Assembly: GCA_038230375.1 (NCBI GenBank)
Contig: JBBRNJ010000004.1
Location: 146,200-210,199 of the forward strand
Source of the DNA: Polyangiales bacterium
GTDB taxonomy: Bacteria; Myxococcota_A; Polyangia; Polyangiales; Polyangiaceae
Direction: 5' to 3'
DNA: 64,000 bases
This document shows positions 29,541 to 38,597 of the stretch, one piece after another. Under the pieces are notes generated by a model that saw only the letters and a list, made by a program, of their open reading frames with translations, did not search any database and was not told where the DNA came from. How positions within the stretch are numbered: position 1 is the stretch's first letter; every line of letters starts with the position of its first letter. Position numbers and translations under genes: made by a program.

Positions 29541-30152
29541 ATGAGAGCGTTCATTTTTGCTGCGTTGGTGAGTGTCTCGTTGGTTGCATGCGCCGAGACC
29601 GGGCAAGGGCCAGAGGTCGCGCACGGCGGCGGCGGGGACCATGACGGACACGGCAAGGGCGGCGAGGAGCTCGAAGAGCATCACGCTCCGCTGCCCACGG
29701 ACGCAGCGACGGTTGCACGCGCGGAGAGCGTGCGCGTGCTCGAGTCGAACGACGTGGGTTGCCCGCTCGAGGCGCTCGGCCCCGTGGACGTGCACGAGAA
29801 GATGGAGACCACGAACGCTGCGCTGCACGTCCTCAAGCTACGCGCGGCGGCGCTGGGCGCGGACGCCGTGACCGGCGTGGAGTTCGAGCACGGCGAAGGT
29901 GGCGGCGCGCCGACCCACCTCGCGGGCATGGCTGTCCGGTGTCGCGATCTCCTGCACGGTCGCAAGTACGACGTGCTCGGCGAGGTGAGCGTGCGCGGTC
30001 ACATGGGCAAGGAAGAGGACGCGTTCGAGGACCTGCGCAAGAAGGCAGCGAGCATGAACGCGAACATGGTCCTTGCCATCAAGTTCGAGCACGGCGAGGC
30101 CGACGGCGAAGGGCCCACCGTCACCGGCACCGCTGTTCGCGTGCGCGACTGA
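29541..30152 (+). CDS. His-rich lipoprotein with two tandem YbjQ-like domains
   Basis: LVAC lipobox; AAALGADAVTGVEFEHGEG and AASMNANMVLAIKFEHGEA..VTGTAVR. Confidence 0.75.
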   Translation: MRAFIFAALVSVSLVACAETGQGPEVAHGGGGDHDGHGKGGEELEEHHAPLPTDAATVARAESVRVLESNDVGCPLEALGPVDVHEKMETTNAALHVLKLRAAALGADAVTGVEFEHGEGGGAPTHLAGMAVRCRDLLHGRKYDVLGEVSVRGHMGKEEDAFEDLRKKAASMNANMVLAIKFEHGEADGEGPTVTGTAVRVRD

Positions 30153-30425
30153 GCCGACCTTCGGCGCAGACGGGTCAGTAGCCGCGCGTGGAGTCGACCT
30201 CGTCCGTCGATTCGTGGCGCGCGCGCGCCGGGAGCCAGGTCGCTGGCGTGAGCTCGGGCCCGCGCTCCTGATGTGCCTCGTCATCTCGATCGAGCGGGAA
30301 CGGATCGTGGCCGAAGAACAGCGTCGACATGGCCGCGCCACGCGGCAGCTTGAAAACGTCACTCATGTATGAGTTACTAACTCATCCCGGCGGAAATGCA
30401 AGCCGGCGTGCTACGGAACGGCCCG

Positions 30426-31322
30426 ATGAGCATCCAGTGGTACCCGGGCCACATGACGAAGGCGCGGAAGGAGCTCGAGGAATGGATGCCGTCGCAGGAC
30501 GTCATCATCGAGGTCCTCGACGCGCGGATGCCTCGCGCCAGCGCCAATCCGGTGGTCGCGGAGCTGCGCGCGAAGAAGCCGTGCATCTATGTGCTCTCGC
30601 GCACGGACCTGGCTGACCCCGAGGTCACCACGACATGGATGAAGTACCTGGGCGCACTGCCCAGCACCGTGGTCGTTCGGCAGACCAACGAGCGACGCTC
30701 CGAGGCGCGCACCAAGATCCCCGAGCTCGCGAAGAAGCTCGCGCCGACGCGCTTCGGACCGACGAAGCCGCTGCGCGCCATGATCGTGGGCATCCCGAAC
30801 GTGGGTAAGTCCACGCTCATCAACGCGCTCATGAACCGCTCCGTCGCGAAGGTGGGTGACGTGCCCGCGGTGACGAAGGCGCGCCAGCTGGTGCAGTTGC
30901 CGAGCGGCATTTCGCTGTGGGACAGCCCCGGCATCCTCTGGCCGAAGATCGAGGACCCGCAGGCGGCGCTGCGGCTCGCGTTGTGCGGAAGCATCCCGGA
31001 CAGCGCGCTCGACTACGAGGTCGTCGCCATGTTCGGCGCGAAGTTCTTCCTCAAGTTCTATCCGGCGCTGCTCACCGCGCGATACAAGCTCGCCGCCATG
31101 CCAGCCAACGCGACAGAGCTGCTGTTCGAGATCGGAAAGCGCCGCGGTGGCCTGCGCGCGGGCGGCAAGGTGGACATGCACAAGGCCGCGGACGCGCTCA
31201 TCCACGACTTCCGAGACGGCGCCCTGGGACGAATCAGCCTGGAGACGCCCGTCCGCGAGAAGCCGGACGCAGACGACATGCAGAGCAACACGGATGACGC
31301 GCGCGACCCTCTGGACGAGTAG
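30426..31322 (+). CDS. rbgA: Ribosome biogenesis GTPase RbgA/YlqF
   Basis: IQWYPGHM, EVLDARMP, GIPNVGKSTLIN, DSPGILWP, LGRISLE. Confidence 0.95.
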   Translation: MSIQWYPGHMTKARKELEEWMPSQDVIIEVLDARMPRASANPVVAELRAKKPCIYVLSRTDLADPEVTTTWMKYLGALPSTVVVRQTNERRSEARTKIPELAKKLAPTRFGPTKPLRAMIVGIPNVGKSTLINALMNRSVAKVGDVPAVTKARQLVQLPSGISLWDSPGILWPKIEDPQAALRLALCGSIPDSALDYEVVAMFGAKFFLKFYPALLTARYKLAAMPANATELLFEIGKRRGGLRAGGKVDMHKAADALIHDFRDGALGRISLETPVREKPDADDMQSNTDDARDPLDE

Positions 31323-31349
31323 CACCGTCCATCCTGTCAATCGCTCGCG

Positions 31350-31802
31350 TCAGAGCTTGATGGTCTCCAGGAACTTGTCGACGCCGAAGCGGACGATGGC
31401 GTAGTAGATCACCGCGAAGAGCGCGTTGCTCACGGCGAGCGGGAAAATAAGCCTCCGCATGCTGATGCCGAGAGCACGCAGCGCCACCAGGATGGGCTCC
31501 TGGCCAACCGCCGCGACGCCCAGGATCATGCCGCCCCAGACGCCCCACTTCGCGGCCATCGCCATGGCCCTGGGTTTTCGCATGCGCTCCATGAAGCGCT
31601 CGACGAAGCCGATGCGCCGCGTCTGTCCGCCGAGCCACGCCACGATGAGCCCCTCCACGAAGCCCGACACGGCCACGACAGGCACCATCACGCGCGGGTC
31701 GAGCCCGAACGCGATGCCGGCCGCGCACGCCGCCGACTGTCCCGCGAAGAGCGCGGGCGTCATCGAGAGACCGATGACCGTTGCCCATCGCCCGACAGCC
31801 AT
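31350..31802 (-). CDS. Small integral membrane protein (small multidrug-export-like)
   Basis: Four hydrophobic segments; KWGVWGG pattern. Confidence 0.6.
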   Translation of the reverse strand: MAVGRWATVIGLSMTPALFAGQSAACAAGIAFGLDPRVMVPVVAVSGFVEGLIVAWLGGQTRRIGFVERFMERMRKPRAMAMAAKWGVWGGMILGVAAVGQEPILVALRALGISMRRLIFPLAVSNALFAVIYYAIVRFGVDKFLETIKL

Positions 31803-31825
31803 GCCTCAGTCTAGCCCGCCGAGGA

Positions 31826-32314
31826 TCACGAGGTGGTTCGCTTCGTGGGGTCGCCGAGCTTCACGTTGAGCCTGGCGGCTTCGATGAGGAACGCCGTGAT
31901 CACGTCCGCGTCGAGCTCCATGGGCGACGTGATCTTGATGTGCCGCATCCTGCTGCCACCTTCGAGCACACCCGCGTGATCGGTGAGCTCCGCGCCACGC
32001 CAGAAGCCGAACGAGACGTGCGTCTTCGCTGGCTTCACCCACGCGATGGGCCCGCCGAGCTCGAACACGGGCTGCCCCCACTTGATGGTGACGGTGGCGT
32101 CGGGGACCACCCGCGTGACGAGCGCGAGCAGCGCCTTCACCACCTCGCCGTGCCAGCCCTTCGCCTTCGCAGCGACCCATGCAGTGACGGGCATGCCCTT
32201 CAACGGCGACACCTTCGCGGTCATCCTTCGGGCGCTCTTCTTCGCGGGTGCCTTCTTCGCGGGTGCCTTCTTCGCGGGTGCCTTCTTCGCGGGTGCCTTC
32301 TTCTTGGGGGCCAT
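31826..32314 (-). CDS. DUF1801 domain protein with N-terminal PAKKA repeats
   Basis: IKWGQPVF, HVSFGFWRGAEL.D..GVLEG..MRHIKI; (APAKK)4. Confidence 0.85.
   Translation of the reverse strand: MAPKKKAPAKKAPAKKAPAKKAPAKKSARRMTAKVSPLKGMPVTAWVAAKAKGWHGEVVKALLALVTRVVPDATVTIKWGQPVFELGGPIAWVKPAKTHVSFGFWRGAELTDHAGVLEGGSRMRHIKITSPMELDADVITAFLIEAARLNVKLGDPTKRTTS
32237..32303. repeat. 15-bp coding tandem repeat (CTTCTTCGCGGGTGC) x4 plus a partial copy
   Basis: Perfect copies encoding APAKK on the minus strand. Confidence 0.95.
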
Positions 32315-32453
32315 GGGCGCGAGTATACCCAGCGCACATTCGGTGACCAGACGGTACGAGTGCGCCCCTGGCTGGTGTGGAGCGGATGACGTGCCTGGGT
32401 CACGTTGTGCCGTGCACAACAGGGAAAACTGCGGCATTTTCGAGCCCGCGGGT

Positions 32454-32469
32454 GGGCCCGTCCCTTGCT
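32454..32469 (+). promoter_or_regulatory. Putative sigma-54 promoter
   Basis: GGGCCCGTCCCTTGCT = GG-N10-GC, with the -12 C 15 nt before ATG 32483. Confidence 0.45.
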
Positions 32470-32482
32470 CGATGGAGAAGTC

Positions 32483-33424
32483 ATGCAACGAACGACTCTT
32501 GGCCGGCTCGGTGTGGGTGCGCTGGTCCTCGCAGCACTGCTGGGCGTGACCCGGCGCGCCGAGGCCATCGCAGTTCCGAACCTCTGCATCCCGGCGCGCG
32601 TGGCCCCGGCAGCGACCGCCATCCCGCACAACTTTCCAGGCTTCGGCTACGACGTACCGAACGCGATGACCACGAACGTCCATCTCGTCGACACGACGAA
32701 GGGCGCGGGTGAGCTTCCGACGACGATCGGCCCCGTGACGGCGCCGTGGAACAAGATCGTTCCGCAGGCGGGGTTCACCGTGGGTGACTCGTACACGCTC
32801 ACGTTCGACTCGCTCTGCTACGGCATGACGTTGCCGGAGCAGAAGCCGATCACGTTCACCATCGTCGCGGACGCGCCCATCCCCACGATGCTGGGCGACG
32901 TGATGGGCACGCCGACCGTCGTCGTGAAGGATCGCGGTACGAGCGAGGTCGATTTTGATGCAACCTACATGCTTTCCGCGGAGATGAAGCCGTGGGCCGC
33001 CGTGTACGAGCTTGCGCTCGAGATGGACGGTCGCACGCTGGAGACGCACGCCACCGTGGCGGCGGCGGGTGACACCGTGCACATCACCTCGCGCGGGTGG
33101 TGCGACGATGCCAGCTCGAAGACAACGAAGCACGCAGTGAGGCTCACGGCGACGCTGCCGTTCTCCCCTGGCCTGCAGACCGCGCCCACCGCGCTCGACT
33201 TCACCTGCCCTGCGGCGCACATCGTGACGCCCACGCCGGGCGCGCTCACCCCGCCCACGCCAACGGACACGACCACCACCCCCACGTCTGGTGCGGGCAC
33301 GCACAGCGGCGGCTGCGCCGTGAGCGCGTCCAGCGCAGCGAGCGATGGAATCCTGGGTGGCGTTGGCCTCTTGCTGGGTGTCACCGTGATCTTGCGGAAG
33401 CGAACGACGAACGGAGCACGCTGA
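32483..33424 (+). CDS. Secreted protein with MYXO-CTERM-like sorting tail
   Basis: Signal peptide ending AEA; Pro/Thr linker, SGGCAV, TM helix, RKR. Confidence 0.75.
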   Translation: MQRTTLGRLGVGALVLAALLGVTRRAEAIAVPNLCIPARVAPAATAIPHNFPGFGYDVPNAMTTNVHLVDTTKGAGELPTTIGPVTAPWNKIVPQAGFTVGDSYTLTFDSLCYGMTLPEQKPITFTIVADAPIPTMLGDVMGTPTVVVKDRGTSEVDFDATYMLSAEMKPWAAVYELALEMDGRTLETHATVAAAGDTVHITSRGWCDDASSKTTKHAVRLTATLPFSPGLQTAPTALDFTCPAAHIVTPTPGALTPPTPTDTTTTPTSGAGTHSGGCAVSASSAASDGILGGVGLLLGVTVILRKRTTNGAR

Positions 33425-33508
33425 GATGAACATGTGGACGAGCCCCAAGGGCGAGGACCTTGTGCGAGACGCCCGACCGCAGGGAGGAAAGTCTTGAAAG
33501 CGAATCTG

Positions 33509-34954
33509 ATGAACCTGTCGAGCGAGGCGACGCTCCTGCGCGTCTTCGGCAAGATCCTCGCGAGCGCGAGCGCCGGCGCCGCCGTGTCAACCATGGCCCT
33601 CGCATGCGGTGGCTCCACCGTGGATCCCGGTGGCGGCGGTCCCAATCCAACGTACACGTCGCTCTGTGGCGCGGGCGCGCCGAAGACGCTGCTCGCCGGC
33701 ATGCACACCGTGCCTGCGATCGACGGCGCGGTGTCGCGCTTGGAGTCCGCGTTCCTTCCCCCGAACCCGAACCAGCCGAACCAGGTGACGCCGCCGCCGC
33801 AAGGCGCCGAGGGTGATCTCTGGAAGGCGACGAACGGCGAGACCACCGGCGTGCTCTGCAAGACGTCGACGAAACAAGCGGCCTGCCAGGACGAGGTGCA
33901 GAACTACCGTGTGCTGCCGGGGTTCCAGTCCACGTGCGTGGCGCAGTATCCGCACGCGTCCTACGCGAACGACGGCTGCGACGTCTCGTACATCCTCTAC
34001 ACGCGTGGCGACGAGATCGGCGTGGCGCGCACACCGGCGGAGACGCTCGCCCTCATCGGCCAGATCGACACCATCGAAGAGGCGCTGTGGGTTGCCGGCA
34101 CGCAGGGGTACACGACCAGCTGTGGCAGCAGCCAGGCGCCGGACTCCCAGTTCCGGACCACGAGCGACGGCGCCTATGACCTCGAGCTGGTGAAGAACCA
34201 GTTCTGCGGCCCGGGCGAGACCGACAAGGTGCATGTAGACTACAAGGGTACGGTCACCGTGCTCGAGACCGCGCCGCTCCCCGTGCAGGGCTGCGCGGCG
34301 GGGCGGCGGCCGGAGGGGATGACGATCGGGAAGATCGCGCGCGCAGGCCACGGCCCGGTGGGCGAGTACTTCGCGTCGATGGCGATCCTGGAGAGCGGCG
34401 CGGTGATCGCGTTCCGCAGGCTCGAGCAGGAGCTGCTGCGTGCGGATGCGCCGCCGGCGCTGCTTGCTCGGGTGCGCGTGGCCATCAAGGACGAGATCCG
34501 GCACGCGCGCAAGACCACCGTGCTTGCGATGAAGCACGGCGTGACGCCGGGCGCGCCGAACTGCGAGAGGCACGCGGGCGAGCGCACGCTGCTCGACATT
34601 GCGCTGGAGAACGCGCGCGAGGGCTGCGTGCGAGAGACGTACGGCGCGCTGGTGGCGCACCTGCAGGCGGAAGAGGCCAGCGACGCGGACGTGCGGGCGT
34701 GCATGCGGGAGATCGCAACGGAGGAGACGGAGCACGCGGCGCTGTCGTGGGACGTCGCGACGTTCCTGGAGAGCCGCCTGACCGCGGAAGAGCGCGCGAA
34801 GGTCGCAGACGAGCGCCGCCTGGCCGTGCGCGAGCTGGCCCGCGAGCTCAGCGTCCCGGGCTGCGAAGAGGTCCGCGAGGTCGCGGGCATCCCCGCGCCG
34901 GAAGTTGCAACCTACATGCTTTCGCGCCTGGAGCCCTTCCTGCTCTGCGCTTGA
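33509..34954 (+). CDS. Ferritin-like domain-containing lipoprotein (myxobacterial type)
   Basis: ALAC lipobox; GRRPEG, LES..AF, DEIRH, ENAREGCVRET, EETEH di-iron ligand pattern. Confidence 0.8.
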   Translation: MNLSSEATLLRVFGKILASASAGAAVSTMALACGGSTVDPGGGGPNPTYTSLCGAGAPKTLLAGMHTVPAIDGAVSRLESAFLPPNPNQPNQVTPPPQGAEGDLWKATNGETTGVLCKTSTKQAACQDEVQNYRVLPGFQSTCVAQYPHASYANDGCDVSYILYTRGDEIGVARTPAETLALIGQIDTIEEALWVAGTQGYTTSCGSSQAPDSQFRTTSDGAYDLELVKNQFCGPGETDKVHVDYKGTVTVLETAPLPVQGCAAGRRPEGMTIGKIARAGHGPVGEYFASMAILESGAVIAFRRLEQELLRADAPPALLARVRVAIKDEIRHARKTTVLAMKHGVTPGAPNCERHAGERTLLDIALENAREGCVRETYGALVAHLQAEEASDADVRACMREIATEETEHAALSWDVATFLESRLTAEERAKVADERRLAVRELARELSVPGCEEVREVAGIPAPEVATYMLSRLEPFLLCA

Positions 34955-34975
34955 CGTGATCTGCACATGATGAGT

Positions 34976-36151
34976 TCAGTCGCGGGCGCGGCTGCGCCCA
35001 TCTGGTGGCACCAGGTGGAATTCGACGAGCGTCGCCAGCGTGCGCCGGATGTCGGGATCGAGCACGTCTGGCGCAGAGGAGAGGAGCGCCTTCAGGCCGT
35101 CGGCGCCGAGCGCGATGCCCAGCTCGGACAGCTCCTTCCGCGCTTCCACCATCACGGGGTGAGCGAACCCGAACGCGCGAGCTTGCGAAAGTCCCATCAT
35201 CAGCTTGCGCGCCGCAGGCTCGCTTGCAGCGGTCAGCTCCCGCGCTCTCTTCTCCGTGAATGCGCTCGTCGCGGCCAGTTCCACCTCTTGCGCTTTTCCG
35301 GCGAGCTCTGGGACGCCCGAGGCGCGCAGCTTCGCGATCGTCGCGGCCTGATCGGGCCTGAAGACCGGCATCGTCTTCGGGTCGCATGCCGCCAGCATCG
35401 AGCGTACATGCGCGTAGAGGACGCCGCTGCGTGCGAGCGCAACCACCGACCAGACAGACGTGTACTTCCGCGCGAGACCATCGAACTCCGCGGAGAGCAT
35501 CCGCGCGTGCGCCATGATCGGGGGCCACTTCGGGGCGTCCGGTGCACTGCCGCTCGGAGCTCCCCCGAAGAGCTCGACGCCGCTCGCCGCCGGGCAGGTC
35601 CGCTTCGTCTCGTCGGGCAAGACTGACGCGATATGCGCGACGATCACCGCGTACTCCGCCTCCGCCGCGAGATCGGTCGCGGTCCCCGTGGCGTCTTCTT
35701 GCGAGTTCGCACGCAGCTTGTCGTAGCTCTCGACGGCCTTCTTGTTCCAGGAGACCTGCTCCTTGCCCGTACGCTTGCGCGCGATCGCAACGGCAAGCCC
35801 TACCTGGTCGCGGAGCACCGCAAGAACAACGGAGCCCCTCTGCGCCGCGTACTTGCGCTCCAGTGCGTCGATAGGTGCATTATGCACGTTTTCGGGCGGC
35901 ACCCACGGTGAGCGCGCCGTGCAGCCCTTCGCGGGGTCCCACGCACCGGGCACGCAGCGCTGTACGACTGCGGGACGCGGCGCCGCACCTGCATCAATGG
36001 GCACAGTGGCGACGGTGGTCGACGCGTCAGGCACCGTGACCACGGCTGGGTTTGTGGGCGACAGGTTGGGGCCCGGCCCGACCTCCGCCGGAGCCTGAGT
36101 TCCACCGCAAGCAAGGAGGAGGGCCGCGACGCCTACGACTAGGATCCGCAT
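34976..36151 (-). CDS. Hypothetical helical lipoprotein
   Basis: LLAC lipobox; GGAGA RBS; alanine-rich helical body. Confidence 0.65.
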   Translation of the reverse strand: MRILVVGVAALLLACGGTQAPAEVGPGPNLSPTNPAVVTVPDASTTVATVPIDAGAAPRPAVVQRCVPGAWDPAKGCTARSPWVPPENVHNAPIDALERKYAAQRGSVVLAVLRDQVGLAVAIARKRTGKEQVSWNKKAVESYDKLRANSQEDATGTATDLAAEAEYAVIVAHIASVLPDETKRTCPAASGVELFGGAPSGSAPDAPKWPPIMAHARMLSAEFDGLARKYTSVWSVVALARSGVLYAHVRSMLAACDPKTMPVFRPDQAATIAKLRASGVPELAGKAQEVELAATSAFTEKRARELTAASEPAARKLMMGLSQARAFGFAHPVMVEARKELSELGIALGADGLKALLSSAPDVLDPDIRRTLATLVEFHLVPPDGRSRARD

Positions 36152-36221
36152 CTCTCCGTTGTACGCGAGCTCGCTGCGCGACTCAGCGCCATTCTTGATC
36201 CACGGATGGGGAGTGAGGGCG

Positions 36222-36905
36222 TCAGTCTATCGGGACGAAGGTCGATAGGACTGGCGTGCCGCCCAGCTCGTTCAGGTGGAGCTTGCGTGGGTTTTCCTCG
36301 AGGAGCATCTGGAACTCCAGATCGGCGTCGCCGGCTCGCGTGAGATAGACGAAGAAGCCGTTGCGCGTGGTGGTGTCGTTCCATGGAATGGCCGTGCTGC
36401 CGCCAGCGCTCGCGTCCGCCGCCACGCCAGCCTCGGTTACGCCGCCCTCGCTCGGTGTTCCCGCGAAGGCGACATAGAGGATCTGTCCGCTTCGGTTCAC
36501 GTCCGTGCTCGGCGTGAAGGACTCCGACTGGTCCGCGTAGTCCAGGAAAGCGTAGGTGCCGATCTGGTCGAAGCCGTACGCCAGGCCGGTGCCTCGCGGC
36601 AGATCCCAGTTACCGATCGATCCGCAGTGGTACCAGCGACCCTTGAGGAGCGCTGAGAGCTGGGCGGCGCTCGTGTAGTTGACGCTCTGGCCAGCCGGTA
36701 GTGCGCACTTCGCCTCGAGCCTATCGATGAGCGTCGAGGTGAGCATGGCGTCGGGTGTGGCTCTGATCGGCTCCGCATCCAAGGCTGCGTCTGGCTGGAC
36801 GGGCGTGCTGCCGACGCTGAGCTCGCTGACGCTGGCGCACGCGTCGAGCACCAGCGTGGCGCCGATGACGATGGCGAGGATGGACGCGAGGATGGCGGCG
36901 CGCAC
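36222..36905 (-). CDS. Hypothetical lipoprotein
   Basis: Hydrophobic signal with DAC lipobox; LKGRWYHC segment. Confidence 0.65.
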   Translation of the reverse strand: MRAAILASILAIVIGATLVLDACASVSELSVGSTPVQPDAALDAEPIRATPDAMLTSTLIDRLEAKCALPAGQSVNYTSAAQLSALLKGRWYHCGSIGNWDLPRGTGLAYGFDQIGTYAFLDYADQSESFTPSTDVNRSGQILYVAFAGTPSEGGVTEAGVAADASAGGSTAIPWNDTTTRNGFFVYLTRAGDADLEFQMLLEENPRKLHLNELGGTPVLSTFVPID

Positions 36906-36960
36906 ACCTCATAGGTACCACGCCTTTCTAAAAGCGCATTCTTCGCCTATTCCTTTTGCC

Positions 36961-38013
36961 GTGCGCCTTCCTTTGTCCGCTGCATGGACCTTCTGCGCTA
37001 CCTGCGTTGTCTTCGTGGCATTCGCCGCGGGCGGGGCGCGCGCGGAGGCGGACACGTCACACAAGGCGCGCCTCGTGTACCTGCGCGGGATCGGCACGGA
37101 GACCTGCCCGCCGGAGGCCGAACTGTCGGATGCGGTGGCCGCGCGCCTGGGCTACGAGCCGTTCTCCACGTGGGCGCAGGACACGCTCTTCGTGGAGCTG
37201 ACGAAGGACGCGCAGGGCTTCACGGCCAAGGTGAAGCTCGTGGACTCCGGCAGCAACGTCCGCGGCGAGCGTGAGCTGCACGCGCGAAACGCGTGCGCGG
37301 ATCTCGTGCCCACGATGGCGCTCACGATCAGCCTCGCGATCGATCCGATGGCGAGCGCGCGCAACGGCGCACTCCCGGAAGACACGCCGCCCCGGGAAAA
37401 ACCAGTGGATCTGGATGCGGGCGTGCCGCCGTTGCCGCCGAACGAGGGCACAGAGCCGCGCCACAACGACGAAAACATGCGCGACCCACAGCCGCGCGTG
37501 GAGCAGAGCCTCGCGGCTGGTGTCGGTGTGCTCGGGAGCGTGGGGTCTGCGCCCGCGCCCAACGTCGGCCTCTCGCTCTTCGCGGAGGGTCGCTACGCGT
37601 GGCTGAGCCTCGGCCTGGAGGGGCGCGTGGACTTTCCCTCTTCGGCGAGCGTGGACCGCGCGGTATCGGTCTCCGGCGCGAGCCCGGAGGTGTCTTCATG
37701 GCTGCTCGTGGGTGAGCTCCGCGCGTGCGGTCACGTGCGCGGCGCGTTCGGGTGCGTGCTCGGCATGGCCGGCGAGCTGCACGCGAGCGGCATCGACGTG
37801 AGCTCACCGCGCGAGGCCGGCGCGCTCTACGGGGCCGCGGGTCTCCGCGCCGGCTACGACTACGACATCGTTCCGCGCTTCGCGCTGCGCGGACAGATCG
37901 AGGGCGACCTTACGCTCACGCGCTACGCCCTGAAGGTGGGCGGTGTGGAGGCGTACCGGTACGCGCCGATCGCCGGAAACATCGGCGTTTTTGGGCTGGT
38001 GCGATTCCAGTGA
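36961..38013 (+). CDS. Secreted protein with C-terminal probable outer-membrane beta-barrel, ECF-associated
   Basis: Signal ending ARA; CP..L...V..RLGY, GEREL...C; beta-strand C-terminus ending VRFQ; start codon uncertain. Confidence 0.65.
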   Translation: MRLPLSAAWTFCATCVVFVAFAAGGARAEADTSHKARLVYLRGIGTETCPPEAELSDAVAARLGYEPFSTWAQDTLFVELTKDAQGFTAKVKLVDSGSNVRGERELHARNACADLVPTMALTISLAIDPMASARNGALPEDTPPREKPVDLDAGVPPLPPNEGTEPRHNDENMRDPQPRVEQSLAAGVGVLGSVGSAPAPNVGLSLFAEGRYAWLSLGLEGRVDFPSSASVDRAVSVSGASPEVSSWLLVGELRACGHVRGAFGCVLGMAGELHASGIDVSSPREAGALYGAAGLRAGYDYDIVPRFALRGQIEGDLTLTRYALKVGGVEAYRYAPIAGNIGVFGLVRFQ

Positions 38014-38045
38014 CGAAAACAGGCGCGGACGACCAAGCACAGGAC

Positions 38046-38597
38046 ATGGGCGCCCGGAAAGCGGACGCGGCGGCGGAGCCGTTCCGCCGAATGTTCGATG
38101 ATGAATACGACTACGTGTACCACTCGCTCAGGCGCCTGGGCGTCCACACGCGCGACCTCGAGGACGTCGTCCACGAGGTCTTCGTGGAGGTCTGGAAGAA
38201 TTTTTCGAAGTTCGATCCGACACGCCCACGACGTCCCTGGCTCTTCGCTTTCGCCTTTCGCTTCGCTTCTACCTACAGGCGCCTCGCACGCCACCGCCTT
38301 GATCTGGGCGGTGACGACGACGCCCCGGCGACAGGCCCGAGTGCACACGAGACCATGGAAAAGAAGGACGCGGCACGCATACTCGAGGATGCTCTCGCCA
38401 CGATGAGCGTGGAGCTTCGCGGCGTCTTCGTCCTCTACGAGATCGACGAGACGTCGATGAAGGACGTCGCGGAGTCGCTCGACATCCCCGTCAACACTGC
38501 CTACTCGCGGCTGCGCCTTGCCCGCGCGGCATTCGAAGCGTACGTGGCAGAGGCCCGCGGCCGCGAGCAGGCCGTCCAGAAAGGAGGAGCAACGTGA
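38046..38597 (+). CDS. ECF RNA polymerase sigma factor
   Basis: DLEDVVHEVF, RPWLF, VFVLYEI, DVAESLDIPVNTAYSRLRLAR. Confidence 0.9.
   Translation: MGARKADAAAEPFRRMFDDEYDYVYHSLRRLGVHTRDLEDVVHEVFVEVWKNFSKFDPTRPRRPWLFAFAFRFASTYRRLARHRLDLGGDDDAPATGPSAHETMEKKDAARILEDALATMSVELRGVFVLYEIDETSMKDVAESLDIPVNTAYSRLRLARAAFEAYVAEARGREQAVQKGGAT

Noticed and set aside
30175..30366. 63-aa minus-strand ORF
   Set aside because: No motif or clear RBS; cannot be supported as a gene from sequence alone.
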